Shown here piece by piece: positions 9,148 through 19,606 of a stretch of DNA of 64,000 nt (position 1 is its first letter; every line of letters begins with the position of its first letter). Source of the DNA: Candidatus Sumerlaeaceae bacterium (lineage in GTDB: Bacteria; Sumerlaeota; Sumerlaeia; Sumerlaeales; Sumerlaeaceae). The translations under genes and the position numbers were made by a program. The notes under the pieces are model-generated. The model worked only from the letters and a program-made list of their open reading frames with translations. It was not told the origin of the DNA and made no database searches. The stretch lies in contig JBPCLP010000013.1 in NCBI GenBank assembly GCA_051003195.1, positions 32,001 to 96,000 of the forward strand, written 5' to 3'.

Positions 9148-10023
9148 GTGAGTGAACGACTGTTCAATCGAATTGCCGTAGTGGGCGTAGGGCTCCTCGG
9201 CGGGAGCCTTGGAATGGGCGCGCGCCGGCATAAACTATGTAATGAGGTCATCGGCCTTGGCCGCAGCAGTGCTGCGCTGGAAGAAGCGCGGCGGCTGGAG
9301 GCGATCGACCGGTTCACGCTGAACGCGGGCGAGGCAGTCCGTGGCACCGACCTGGTGGTGCTATGCACTCCAGTACGCCACATTGTTTCGGTGTTGCCGG
9401 AGCTCATAGCGCAGGCGAAACCCGGCACAATTTTCGCCGATGTGGGATCCAGCAAGGCCAGCATAGTCAGAGTCGGGGAACAAGCTGCCGCAGCAGCCGG
9501 CTGTTTCTTCGTGGGGTGCCACCCGATGGCGGGGTCTGAAAAAAGCGGCGTGCGACATGCACGAGAAAATCTTTACGAAGACTCCACCTGCTTCGTCACG
9601 AAAACGGCTGTCACCGACAAAACCGCATTCGGACGCGTATGCAGGCTTTGGCATGCGCTCGGCGCCCGCATCGTTATTTCCCGGCCCGAACGTCATGATC
9701 GACTGGTCGCGAGCGTCAGCCATCTGCCGCACGTGGTCGCTGTTGCGCTGGTGCGTGCGGTCGAGAAGTTTAGCGAGGACAAGAACCTCATCAAAGGAAT
9801 TATCGGAAACGGGTTCCGCGACACCACACGGATCGCCTGCGGCGATTCGCAAATGTGGGAGGACATCTGCACGGATAACCATGAGGAGATTGCGCGGTCG
9901 CGTGCGGCACTCGAAAGTGCGCTGGAGGAATTGATGAACGCGTGCTCCGCGAAACCCGGCCAGCAATTGCGCTCGATCCTGGATGATGCTTGCGAGTACC
10001 GCGCTTTTCTGGACCATCGCTAG
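9148..10023 (+). CDS. tyrA: prephenate/arogenate dehydrogenase
   Basis: GVGLLGGS Rossmann, DVGSSK, HPMAGSE, HD...SHLPH, GFRDTTRIA; GTG start assumed (ATG 9118 is an alternative). Confidence 0.94.
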   Translation: MSERLFNRIAVVGVGLLGGSLGMGARRHKLCNEVIGLGRSSAALEEARRLEAIDRFTLNAGEAVRGTDLVVLCTPVRHIVSVLPELIAQAKPGTIFADVGSSKASIVRVGEQAAAAAGCFFVGCHPMAGSEKSGVRHARENLYEDSTCFVTKTAVTDKTAFGRVCRLWHALGARIVISRPERHDRLVASVSHLPHVVAVALVRAVEKFSEDKNLIKGIIGNGFRDTTRIACGDSQMWEDICTDNHEEIARSRAALESALEELMNACSAKPGQQLRSILDDACEYRAFLDHR

Positions 10024-10046
10024 CCGCTCACTCCACCAGGTACATC

Positions 10047-11621
10047 ATGAGCACCACAACCACTGACACAAACCCGACAAACCACGCTGACCGCTGGTAC
10101 CTCCTCGGCTTCGTCGTCGCAAACCTCGCCATCAAGCTTGCCCTCGTAAACTTCAACGGCGGCTCTTACACGGATGGCATCATCCAGCTGCAAAGCGCAG
10201 ACTTTCCACCCCACAACAAATACTTTGGAGTCGGGCTTTATCCACCGCTGTACGCGGACCTGACGGCACTGCTCTCATTTCTAGGCATCGGATTGGAAAC
10301 CGCAGGTCGGGTTGTGAGTGCTATCGCCGGTTCGTTCGCCCTGGTCCCCATCTTCTACCTCACGCGACTGGTTTTCGGACGCGATGCCGCGCGAATTGCT
10401 GCGCTCCTGTTCACCGTCTCACCGCTGATAATGCGTTGGTCCACGCATGCCATGACCGACTCGCTGTTCCTGACACTTAGCGCATCCAGCCTCTACTTCT
10501 ACGTTCGCACGTGGACCTCATTGGCTTCTGAATCCCGAAGCAACACTGCAATCGATTGGTCGCTGGCATGGGCAAGCGCCTTTGGTGCACTGGCAACATA
10601 CACTCGCTATCAAGGCGTACTGCTCGTGCTTCCGCTAGGCCTTGCCCTGATGATGTTTTTGGGTCGCGGGGCGATTCCACTCCGCACCCTGCTGTTTTCA
10701 TTATTATGGGCTGCGCCCGCTGCCTTCGCAGGACGCCGGCATGGCGTCCATACCGGCCAGTTTCTGGACCGCACAGCCGGTTCTCTCGTGCCAACCTTAT
10801 CGGCCTACTGGAACACGCTCGAAAGCTTTGTGCTGATCTCACCTTACTACTTTGGTTATCCCATCGCGCTGCTGGCAATTGTCGGGATGGCACTAGTCAG
10901 CCGCGGATCGATAGCTGTCCGACCGTTTGCGTGGATATTCGGCAGCTGGGCAATGCTGCTGCTTGTGGTGCATGCGGCGTTCGGATCGTTTCAATACCGC
11001 TACATGATGCCGGCGCTGCCCGCAGTGCTCGCCCTCGCGGGACACGGAGCCCACCAGCTGTACGTTGCCGCGAAGGTGCGCCGGTTATATCCGCTCTATT
11101 CGGCGGCGATGTTGATGAGCCTGGTTTACCTGGCGCTCTTTGCAACGGCTGTGCTTGTCTTTCAGCGGCCGACGCTGGCGGATCAAAAGCAAGCTGCTGC
11201 GTTCGTTAAGGAGCATGCGGGCGCCGGAGAACCAGTTTTCGCAAACGAGCGTTACGGTAACTTCACAGAGCTGAGTTGCGTAAAGCTCAGCTTCTGGAGT
11301 GGGCGAAAGGTCGAACTTTTATACGACGCACATACCGGTCGACTGCGCGATCTGCCAGGCGGATCCTGGGTAGTGCTGGGCAACCAGTACGGTGGGAATC
11401 AGTCCGTGGACGTACTCGGGCAGCAGATTCGATCCAGGTACACGGTGCAGGAGATTCAGCCCCCATTTTCGGCGCGCATTGTGCCGTTGATGGATGACAT
11501 CATGGTGGATCCGCTGTTCAACCAGAACCCCATGGGCTGGGTTCTTCGTTACACACCGCAGACATTCTTTACCCGGGTACTGCATGTAGTTGGTCCGGCG
11601 AGTGGCACGGGCGGCCATTGA
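10047..11621 (+). CDS. GT-C fold membrane glycosyltransferase (ArnT/PMT_2, GT39/83-like)
   Basis: About 11 TM segments; YTDG after TM1, YPPLY, MTDSLF, QYRYMMP. Confidence 0.8.
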   Translation: MSTTTTDTNPTNHADRWYLLGFVVANLAIKLALVNFNGGSYTDGIIQLQSADFPPHNKYFGVGLYPPLYADLTALLSFLGIGLETAGRVVSAIAGSFALVPIFYLTRLVFGRDAARIAALLFTVSPLIMRWSTHAMTDSLFLTLSASSLYFYVRTWTSLASESRSNTAIDWSLAWASAFGALATYTRYQGVLLVLPLGLALMMFLGRGAIPLRTLLFSLLWAAPAAFAGRRHGVHTGQFLDRTAGSLVPTLSAYWNTLESFVLISPYYFGYPIALLAIVGMALVSRGSIAVRPFAWIFGSWAMLLLVVHAAFGSFQYRYMMPALPAVLALAGHGAHQLYVAAKVRRLYPLYSAAMLMSLVYLALFATAVLVFQRPTLADQKQAAAFVKEHAGAGEPVFANERYGNFTELSCVKLSFWSGRKVELLYDAHTGRLRDLPGGSWVVLGNQYGGNQSVDVLGQQIRSRYTVQEIQPPFSARIVPLMDDIMVDPLFNQNPMGWVLRYTPQTFFTRVLHVVGPASGTGGH

Positions 11622-13453
11622 TGGACCAGGTTGTACAGAAAGTGTCGCGCGGCAAACGGACCGGGGGAAAGAGCCCGCGTAAGCTGGAGGCGGAACCCGT
11701 TGACCACCGGACGGGCAGGATCGCGGCGCTTGTGGTCGCGCTGATTTCGTTTCTTGTTTATATAAGAACACTTTCACCCGGAATGCAGATGGGCGACGGG
11801 ACAGAACTCGCCACGTGCGCGCAAGTGCTCGGCGTCCCCCACCCGACTGGCTATCCGCTGTACATGCTGCTCGCCAAGCTGTGGCTTATCGTGACCATTG
11901 GCGGTGAAGTAATTGTGCGCACAACGTTGCTGAACGCGGTGATAATGAGTGCCGCGGCATATCTCACCACACGGGTAGCCGATTTGTTACTCGCTGGGGT
12001 GTTTCCTCTCTGGAGTGAAAAAGCGCGACTGTTTGCGGCGGCGGCCGCAGGGTTGAGTTCCGCTTTTCTTCGCTTTCACTGGGAAAACGCAGTTGTGACG
12101 GAAGTCTACGCGCTTCAATTCCTGCTGATGCTTGGTTTTGTGGCATGTGTGCTAAGCAGCGAGCGCGCTGTAACACAAAAGCGCGTCGTGGCAGCCGCTT
12201 TGATTGTCGGGCTCGGTCTCGCGCATCATCGTATGACCGTCTTCCTGCTCCTGCCGATGGTTTGGCTCTGGATACGCGCCTGGAAGGATTTACCCGCGGT
12301 GCAACGCGGACGAACATTGGCATTCAGTGCGGGAGTTATCGCTCTGTGCCTCTCGCTCTATGCGTATATTCCACTACGTGCGTCCGCGCGACTTCACTGG
12401 GGGAATACCCGCACGTGGAGTGGCTTCATAGAACACGTTCGTGGAACCGAATACCTTACGCGCAGTTTCCTGCGGCCCGCGCAGGGGCGGGAATTTACAG
12501 CCGAGACCTACGTTACCTTCGCCGCACGCGAAACCGCGCAAATCGCCGGCGATTTTGTCGGACAGTTTGCGCCACTAAACGAAGAGTACTACTACGACCG
12601 CTACGTTGAACGTATCTTTCTGGCGCCTGGATGGCGCGCTGTACTATTGCTGCTGGTGCTTGCACCCATTGGGCTCTATGGAGCGCTTCTATGGAAACGC
12701 GCGGCGCGGCGCACGTTCTGGGTTACTGCTGTTGTCAGTGCACAAAATGTGATTGTTCTGTTCATTTACAACATTCTCGATATACGCGACTATTACCTTT
12801 TCCCAATGTGGTTCGGATGGATCTGCGTCTGGTTCGGAGCGCTTGGTGCGGTCCGGGTGCTCTCCGAGCGTCGGCTACTTTTCGCACCTGCGGCACGTTA
12901 TGCATCGCTTTTGATTCCGGCGCTGATCGGCACGGCGAATTTCCCACGGTCGGATCAGAGTCAAAACGATGCCGCCGAGCGGCTTTCCGCAACGATTTTG
13001 CCAAATCTTCCTGAAGATCGCGTGGCTGAAGATTCCGACGTACTGCCCAATTCCATTGTAATGACGGGCGGCGATTTTGACAGCTTTACTTCGTGGTACC
13101 GTCAACTGGTGCGCAAGCAGCGCACCGATGTCCTGATCTTTGGCACGAACTTCATCTGGAAACCCTGGTACGCGGATTACTTTACCCCAGAACAGAAACA
13201 GCGCTACAGGCTGAAGCTTGCCGCGAATGTTGCTACCGGGCCTGATGCCTTCGCTCGTCAATTGGCAGAGGGCATTATTGACGCTAATATCCATAACACG
13301 CCGATCTACACCTGCTTGCAGGATCCAGCCGTGCTGATGGAACTCAGCAAAATGTACCGCCTGCGCCACGTTTCGAGCAACTGGCTCCAGCAGGAACGTA
13401 CTTCCGCGCAAGGCACGACAATTACTTTGTACCGGATTCAGCCACGGACATGA
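11621..13453 (+). CDS. DUF2723 / TMEM260-like GT-C membrane protein
   Basis: GDGTEL....LGVPHPTGYPLY, AVVTEVYAL, GLAHH, YAYIPLRA, WGN. Confidence 0.85.
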   Translation: MDQVVQKVSRGKRTGGKSPRKLEAEPVDHRTGRIAALVVALISFLVYIRTLSPGMQMGDGTELATCAQVLGVPHPTGYPLYMLLAKLWLIVTIGGEVIVRTTLLNAVIMSAAAYLTTRVADLLLAGVFPLWSEKARLFAAAAAGLSSAFLRFHWENAVVTEVYALQFLLMLGFVACVLSSERAVTQKRVVAAALIVGLGLAHHRMTVFLLLPMVWLWIRAWKDLPAVQRGRTLAFSAGVIALCLSLYAYIPLRASARLHWGNTRTWSGFIEHVRGTEYLTRSFLRPAQGREFTAETYVTFAARETAQIAGDFVGQFAPLNEEYYYDRYVERIFLAPGWRAVLLLLVLAPIGLYGALLWKRAARRTFWVTAVVSAQNVIVLFIYNILDIRDYYLFPMWFGWICVWFGALGAVRVLSERRLLFAPAARYASLLIPALIGTANFPRSDQSQNDAAERLSATILPNLPEDRVAEDSDVLPNSIVMTGGDFDSFTSWYRQLVRKQRTDVLIFGTNFIWKPWYADYFTPEQKQRYRLKLAANVATGPDAFARQLAEGIIDANIHNTPIYTCLQDPAVLMELSKMYRLRHVSSNWLQQERTSAQGTTITLYRIQPRT

Positions 13454-13458
13454 TACCA

Positions 13459-13520
13459 GTGTGCCGAATCCGTAGTTCCGTACCAGGGCAAAGGGCAGAC
13501 TTGACCTCGATTCGGCACGC
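13459..13520. repeat. intergenic imperfect palindrome (62 nt)
   Basis: GTGTGCCGAATC ... GATTCGGCACGC terminal inverted repeat. Confidence 0.6.
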
Positions 13521-13628
13521 AGAACTGATTACGAACTAACGGTAGACCCCACCAGTGGTTCGGATAGCAGTTGCGAAGCTCGTCGTGGGTTCCCAGCGTC
13601 CGAATCCAGATCAGCCGAAAGTAATGAT

Positions 13629-14627
13629 ATGACATCTGAAGACTGGAAAAGTACACGCGTGCTGGTGACCGGCGCGGCAGGTTTTATCGGCAGCCACCTT
13701 GTCGAGCGCCTGCTGGCCCTCGGCGCGGATGTGACCGCTTTCGTGCATTACAACGCCTCCGGCAGTCGTGGCCTGCTTGAGCATCTCAGCGTACCGGACC
13801 AGCAACGCGTGAAAATTGTGACCGGGGACCTGCGCCATACAGACGCGCTGGAGGAGTGCATGGATGGCTGTGAGATCGTGTTCCACCTAGCCGCCATTAT
13901 CGCGATTCCCTTTTCCTACGTGCGTCCTGAGCTGGTGGTCGAAAATAACCTGATCTCCACGATGAATGTGCTCCAGGCTGCGCGCCGGTGCAAGGTGCGC
14001 CGCGTCGTGCACACAAGCAGCAGTGAAGTCTATGGAACTGCGCAGCGTGCTCCGATCGATGAATCGCATCCGCTGGAAGCTCAATCGCCGTACGCCGCCA
14101 GCAAGATCGCCTGCGATAAACTGGCGCAGAGTTTTCACCTGTCATTCGACCTGCCAGTAGTTACTCTGCGGCCGTTTAATACGTACGGTCCGCGACAGTC
14201 TGCGCGCGCAATTGTTTCCACGATTATTACCCAGGCGCTGACCCAGAGAAAGGTGTTCCTCGGGTCGATGCACCCGACGCGCGATTTCAGTTATGTCAGC
14301 GACACAATAGATGCATTTATCCGAATTGCCGAGACCGAGGGAATCGAAGGACGCACGTACCATGTGGGCAGCGGAGAGGAAATCTCAATAGGGCAGGTGG
14401 CGGATAGAATTATAGAAATTATCGGAGGCGATATACCGGTCTCCTTCGATCCCACTCGTATCCGTCCAACCGCCAGTGAGGTGAATCGCCTTGTCTGCGA
14501 CTCGACTCGTGCGAAGGCGGATTTGCAGTGGCGGCCAACCGTCTCACTGGACCAGGGATTGCGATCCACGATCGACTGGGTAGGAAAAAATCTCGGCGCA
14601 TACAAGCCGGCTATCTACAACATCTAG
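13629..14627 (+). CDS. NAD-dependent sugar-nucleotide epimerase/dehydratase (LegB-like)
   Basis: VTGAAGFIGSH, HLAAIIAIP, SSSEVYG, YAASK, RPFNTYGPRQS. Confidence 0.9.
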   Translation: MTSEDWKSTRVLVTGAAGFIGSHLVERLLALGADVTAFVHYNASGSRGLLEHLSVPDQQRVKIVTGDLRHTDALEECMDGCEIVFHLAAIIAIPFSYVRPELVVENNLISTMNVLQAARRCKVRRVVHTSSSEVYGTAQRAPIDESHPLEAQSPYAASKIACDKLAQSFHLSFDLPVVTLRPFNTYGPRQSARAIVSTIITQALTQRKVFLGSMHPTRDFSYVSDTIDAFIRIAETEGIEGRTYHVGSGEEISIGQVADRIIEIIGGDIPVSFDPTRIRPTASEVNRLVCDSTRAKADLQWRPTVSLDQGLRSTIDWVGKNLGAYKPAIYNI

Positions 14628-15359
14628 ATGCCCGACGCAAAACACACGCACAGCGAACGGCGCGCCGTGATCATGGCAGGCGGCGAAGGCACGCGGTTGC
14701 GTCCATTTACTCAGACGATTCCGAAACCGCTGCTGCCATTGGGTCGCAAACCAATCGCACAGATCATCGTCGAACGATTGCGCGATTGCGGTATCACCGA
14801 AATTACGATGACGCTCGGGTATGCGGCGGAACTTATACGCGCGTTTTTTCAGACGGGCTCCCAGTTTGGTGTGCGCGTGAGCTACTTCCAGGAACCCAGC
14901 AGAATGGGAACGGCGGGATGCCTCGCACATATCCCTGAACTGCGTGTTGCTCCATTCCTGGTAAGCAATGGGGACATTCTGACTGACCTGGATTATTGTG
15001 CTTTTCTGCAGGAACACGAGGCAAGCGATGCCGTGCTGAGCGTTGCGACCCGCAGCGAGAATGTTGCCATACCTTATGGCGTGCTGCGTCTCGATGGGGC
15101 ACGGGTGCTGGGCGTAGAGGAAAAACCCTGCATGAACTACTGCTTTAACGCCGGAATCTATGCCGTTTCTACTACCTGCCTTGGACTTATTCCAACGGAC
15201 CGCCCGTTCGATATGACGGACCTTATCAATGCTCTTCTGGCTGCAGGACACGCTGTGAGGAGCGTTCCACTTGAAGGTCTCTGGTTCGACCTTGCACGCG
15301 TGGACGATTTCGAAAAGGCCCTGGCGCAAATTGAAAAGACGCACCCTCACCTGTTGTGA
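14628..15359 (+). CDS. sugar-phosphate nucleotidyltransferase
   Basis: MAGGEGTRLRPFT...PKPLL, GTAG, NGDIL, EEKP. Confidence 0.92.
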   Translation: MPDAKHTHSERRAVIMAGGEGTRLRPFTQTIPKPLLPLGRKPIAQIIVERLRDCGITEITMTLGYAAELIRAFFQTGSQFGVRVSYFQEPSRMGTAGCLAHIPELRVAPFLVSNGDILTDLDYCAFLQEHEASDAVLSVATRSENVAIPYGVLRLDGARVLGVEEKPCMNYCFNAGIYAVSTTCLGLIPTDRPFDMTDLINALLAAGHAVRSVPLEGLWFDLARVDDFEKALAQIEKTHPHLL

Positions 15360-16507
15360 TGAGGATCGTACTTGGAGAGTCGACTGAACACGCGCGGGAA
15401 GAGGAGTTTCTGGACGGGCAGCTTACAATCGTCTCGCGCGATGGGCTGCACCCGAAGCAACGCGCCATCCTGCCGCTTTTACCAAAGAATAAGACGGGTC
15501 GAGCCCTGGTCATCAACAGCGACTATGCTGTACTTGGATTGGCGTTGCGCGCCGGCAATCCAGAATTGGAAATTGTGTGTCACTACGATGATGCCTGGCC
15601 CGCGGAACTCGCGCAATCGATGATCGCGCGCAATAGCGCAGTTAACATTGAGTTCTCACTTGCACCGGACCCTCCAGCTGGACCCTGGCAATACGTCGTG
15701 CTGCCGCTGGAGCGGCGGGGCATTGCAGACCTTGTCCGAGAACGGCTGCGTCTCGCAGCAGGCGAGCAGTTGGGCCCGCAGGGGCTCCTCATCACGAGCA
15801 GCGACACTAAAGACGATCGGTTTATCCGCGATGAGGTGAAGAAGGCATTCGGCGCGCTGCACACTGCCCCAGAAGACAGGCGTCGTGGCGGTGTGGCGTA
15901 TGTTGCCCGGAAACCCGCAAAGCTCCTTGTCGCGCCGCCTCGCAGCTGGTCCGAATACACGATCCGTGAAGGCGGCGAGACACTTAAATTCGAAAGCCGG
16001 CTGGGCGTTTTTTGTCACGACCGGCTTGATCCCGGCAGTCACGCCCTCATGTCGTTGATGGACGTCAGCTGCGCGCGACGGATTCTGGATCTCGGATGCG
16101 GAAATGGTGTTGTCGGAATCGTGGCGGCGCTGCGCAATTCGGACGCCCGGGTTACGTTCATTGATGCAAACGCGCGAGCGATCGAGTCCACGCAGAGGAA
16201 CCTCGCCAGTTACAATCTCGCCGGTCGCGCGGACGCCGTGCTCCTGTCAGCTAATCCAGTAGAGGCGCTTTCCACGCTTCCCAGGTTTGACCTGGTAATT
16301 ACAAACCCGCCCTACTATGGAAACTGGCGTATTGCGGAACTGTTTTTAAAAACGGCCGAGGCCGTCCTGGCACCCGGCGGAGTGCTTCAGTTGGTTACGA
16401 AGGCTCCACATTGGTATCGTGAGCAGATGGAAGATACGTTCTCGGATCTTCACGAGGGCTGCAAGGGCGGTTATACAGTGATTACGGCAACGCGGGTTGG
16501 CGCTTAG
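15359..16507 (+). CDS. class I SAM methyltransferase (RsmC/RlmG-like)
   Basis: GVF...LDPGS, LDLGCGNG, TNPPY; degenerate N-terminal MTase-like half. Confidence 0.8.
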   Translation: MRIVLGESTEHAREEEFLDGQLTIVSRDGLHPKQRAILPLLPKNKTGRALVINSDYAVLGLALRAGNPELEIVCHYDDAWPAELAQSMIARNSAVNIEFSLAPDPPAGPWQYVVLPLERRGIADLVRERLRLAAGEQLGPQGLLITSSDTKDDRFIRDEVKKAFGALHTAPEDRRRGGVAYVARKPAKLLVAPPRSWSEYTIREGGETLKFESRLGVFCHDRLDPGSHALMSLMDVSCARRILDLGCGNGVVGIVAALRNSDARVTFIDANARAIESTQRNLASYNLAGRADAVLLSANPVEALSTLPRFDLVITNPPYYGNWRIAELFLKTAEAVLAPGGVLQLVTKAPHWYREQMEDTFSDLHEGCKGGYTVITATRVGA

Positions 16508-16562
16508 GAGCTCCTGTTCGTTTGGGTAAGACTCTTGCATAGGCAGGATGCGAGACGTTTGA

Positions 16563-17597
16563 ATGGCACTTAAGCTGAAATCCGACCTTGCGCCGATGGA
16601 ATCGAAATCGGTTCGCGAAATTCCGACGGGCGATAACTGGTTGTACGAGCCGAAGTGGGACGGCTTTCGATGCCTCGCTTTCCGCGACGGCAGGACCTTG
16701 CAACTGCAGAGCAAGGCCGGTCAGCCCCTGGCGCGTTATTTTCCCGAGGTCGTCACTGCGCTGCTGGCACTAAAGGCAAAGCAGTTCGTGCTCGATGGAG
16801 AAATTGTAGTCCCGGAGGGAAGCGGCCTTTCGTTCAACAAGCTGCTGCAACGGCTCCACCCTGCCGCGAGCCGGGTTAATAAACTTTCGGTGCAAACGCC
16901 GGCGCTCTTGATCGTGTTCGATCTACTGGCTGGCGCGGATGGGAAATCGCTGCTGAACAAACCTCTGCAGGAGCGGCGAGAATTGCTGGAAGATTTCGCG
17001 AAGAAATATTTCGCAACGGAGCATGGGGTGCGACTCTCGCCCGCGACGAGGGAGTATAAACAGGCGCAGAAGTGGTTTGGGGCCGCGGGTGCCGCGCTGG
17101 ATGGCATCATGGCAAAGCGCCTTGACGAGCCGTATCATTCCGGCGATCGCGAAGGCATGGTGAAGGTTAAACCCGTGCGCACCGCAGAATGTGTGGTTGG
17201 CGGGTTCCGCTATGCCTCTGGCCAAAAAGTTATAGGCTCGCTTTTGCTTGGACTTTATGACGAGTCGGGGTTGCTCCACCACATTGGCTTCTGTAGCGCA
17301 TTGAAGGCCCCCATGCGGAAGGAGCTGACGCCCAAACTGGAAAACCTTATTAAGGCGCCCGGCTTTACCGGCTCCGCACCGGGGGGCCCCAGTCGATGGG
17401 CAACCGAACGAAGCGGTGAGTGGCAGCCCCTGGATCCGAAACTCGTGGTCGAAGTGGATTGGGACCATTTTACCAATGGACGGTTTCGACACGGTACGAA
17501 GTTCGTGCGGTTCCGGCCGGATAAATCGCCAAAAAAATGCACCATGGAGCAGGTGCAACTGGATAGCACCGGCGCTACGGAGTTGCTAAATAGATAA
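16563..17597 (+). CDS. ATP-dependent DNA ligase (LigC-type, NHEJ)
   Basis: EPKWDGFR motif I, LDGEIV, FDLL, GIMAK, KVK, RFRPDK. Confidence 0.93.
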   Translation: MALKLKSDLAPMESKSVREIPTGDNWLYEPKWDGFRCLAFRDGRTLQLQSKAGQPLARYFPEVVTALLALKAKQFVLDGEIVVPEGSGLSFNKLLQRLHPAASRVNKLSVQTPALLIVFDLLAGADGKSLLNKPLQERRELLEDFAKKYFATEHGVRLSPATREYKQAQKWFGAAGAALDGIMAKRLDEPYHSGDREGMVKVKPVRTAECVVGGFRYASGQKVIGSLLLGLYDESGLLHHIGFCSALKAPMRKELTPKLENLIKAPGFTGSAPGGPSRWATERSGEWQPLDPKLVVEVDWDHFTNGRFRHGTKFVRFRPDKSPKKCTMEQVQLDSTGATELLNR

Positions 17598-17605
17598 CCG
17601 TTAAC

Positions 17606-18628
17606 TCAAATTGCTCGCAAGTTCGCAAGCAGATCGCGGGGAAGTTTCTGCTTCATCTTCAGCACAGGTTCAAAAAGATCTCCGTGCTTATCGAAACGCT
17701 TGACCACCTCTGGCGCCGTGAAGCGTAGCCGGTTTGGATCGCCTGCCTTCAGAGCTGCCTCGACTTCGTGCCAGGTAACCGGGGTGGAAACTGTCGGCGT
17801 CTCTCGCGCACGCAAGCTGTAAACGCACACCGTTGTTTTGTGATCGTCGTTCTGGCTCCAGTCGATAAAGACCTTATTGGAGCGAAGACTCTTCTTCATT
17901 ACGGACGTGATCAGGGTTGGGTGCTCGCGTTCCATAAGTTGAGCGATGGCCCGCGCGAGCCCTTTCGTGTGGTCGTACGTAACGCCGGGGGTGTTAAGCG
18001 GCACATAGACCTGTAATCCCTTGGAACCCGAAGTCTTCGGGAAACAGTCCAGCCCGAGCGAGCCAAACATCTCACGCAGCCACAATCCGACCTGGCAGCA
18101 CTGCACAATATCGGCCGGCGGCCCCGGGTCCAGGTCGAATGCCAGCAGCGTGGGTCGCAAAACATCATTCGCCTTTGAGAGACTGGTGTGCAGTTCCAGC
18201 GTTCCAAGGTTCGCCGCCCAGATGAGCGTCGGAAGATCGTTTGCCAGGCAAAAATCGATGGTAGAGTTGGTTCCCTCACTCCAAACCGGAGCTGTTTTAA
18301 CCCAGTCAGGCCGATAGAACGGGCACCGCTTCTCGTAAAAGAACTCGCCCGTAACGCCTTCGGGATAGCGTTTGAGCGTTAGCGGCCGGTCCTTTAGATG
18401 CGGCAGCAGCGCTGATCCAATCTTTACGTAATAATCGAGAACCTGACCTTTGGTGAAACCAGCCTGCGGATAGTAAACCTTTTCAACACGAGAGACTGGG
18501 AGCGAACGCCGCCCAAGTTTGAGAATCGCTGTTGTTTTAGCTGTTTTGCTGCGGCTTTTACCGGGGGTTCGGGTACTGGCACCGCGCGAGGGGCTGGCCT
18601 GCGACGCCGCTCGCGAAGCTGTGCTCAT
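17606..18628 (-). CDS. LigD-type primase/polymerase domain protein (stand-alone)
   Basis: LKRYPEG, FYEK, LELH, FDLDP, KTSGSKGLQ, FIDWSQN, YSLRAR. Confidence 0.92.
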   Translation of the reverse strand: MSTASRAASQASPSRGASTRTPGKSRSKTAKTTAILKLGRRSLPVSRVEKVYYPQAGFTKGQVLDYYVKIGSALLPHLKDRPLTLKRYPEGVTGEFFYEKRCPFYRPDWVKTAPVWSEGTNSTIDFCLANDLPTLIWAANLGTLELHTSLSKANDVLRPTLLAFDLDPGPPADIVQCCQVGLWLREMFGSLGLDCFPKTSGSKGLQVYVPLNTPGVTYDHTKGLARAIAQLMEREHPTLITSVMKKSLRSNKVFIDWSQNDDHKTTVCVYSLRARETPTVSTPVTWHEVEAALKAGDPNRLRFTAPEVVKRFDKHGDLFEPVLKMKQKLPRDLLANLRAI

Positions 18629-19503
18629 GCCGCAGTTCTCTTACGCGTTGCGTGGTGCTTCGCCGCACGAGATGTACGTTTGCCGGATTTTGCGGTCGCA
18701 CGTTTCGGAGTCGCGGTAGTGCTGCCTTTTTTGGTCGCATTCAAACTGGCCTGGAGAGCGCTAACCAGGTCAACGATCTTGGCTGTTTCACGATGCGCCT
18801 TCGGCGGCGTCCACTTCTCACCTTCCGCCTTTGCGTCAATCAGTGCCAGCAGTTTCTCGCGATACTCGTCGTGATACTTCTCCGGCTGGAAGTCATCGGA
18901 CAGGGACTCGATGAGCCGGGTCGCCATGTCGAGTTCCCGCTTATCGGGTGATGCACGATCGGGAACTCCCTCCAACGTATCCTTGGATACCACTTCATCG
19001 GCATAATAAAGGGTCGAGAGAGTCATGACATTCTCAGTGCTGCGGAGCAGAACCAGTTGCTGCTTCTGGCGCAGAACTACGCGTGCCACCGCTGCCTTAT
19101 CCTTTTCTTCCATGGCAGCAAGCAGAAGTGCATAAGCTCGTGCAGCGTTCTTGTCGGGTACTACGTAATAGGAGTTCTCGAAGTAAACGGGATCGACCTG
19201 CTCCATCTCCACGAAGTTTTCAATGGTGATGGTGTGGGGCTCGGCCTTCTCGAGTGCGTCGAGCTCCTCGGGCTTGATGATCACGAAATGATCGGGTGAA
19301 ACTTCGAAGCCTTTCACCACGTGCTCGCGAGAGACCTCTTTTCCGTCCCGCGCGCAGACACGCTTCTGCTTCAGCGGCGACATGTCGGCATCGTGTAATT
19401 CCCGAAAACGTATGTCCTTGCCCGAGGCCGCCTTGTACATGCGTACCGGGATGTGGATTAAACCAAAGTTAATTGCGCCCTTCCAAAGTGCACGCGGTGC
19501 CAT
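18625..19503 (-). CDS. ku: Ku NHEJ DNA end-binding protein
   Basis: RALWKGAINFGLIHIPV, VKGFEV, YFENSYY, DLVSALQASL; basic C-terminal tail. Confidence 0.96.
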   Translation of the reverse strand: MAPRALWKGAINFGLIHIPVRMYKAASGKDIRFRELHDADMSPLKQKRVCARDGKEVSREHVVKGFEVSPDHFVIIKPEELDALEKAEPHTITIENFVEMEQVDPVYFENSYYVVPDKNAARAYALLLAAMEEKDKAAVARVVLRQKQQLVLLRSTENVMTLSTLYYADEVVSKDTLEGVPDRASPDKRELDMATRLIESLSDDFQPEKYHDEYREKLLALIDAKAEGEKWTPPKAHRETAKIVDLVSALQASLNATKKGSTTATPKRATAKSGKRTSRAAKHHATRKRTAA

Positions 19504-19532
19504 TGCCGTAACTCCTGACCACTCATATAGCC

Positions 19533-19606
19533 GTGGAAGGCGAAAAGCGCGCCGCGGAACTCCAGTCGCCCGAGCATTGCGCCGAGTCTGTTTTCGCTAC
19601 CACTAG
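19533..19606. repeat. intergenic imperfect palindrome ending CACTAG
   Basis: GTGGAAGGCGAAAA ... TTTTCGCTACCACTAG. Confidence 0.45.
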
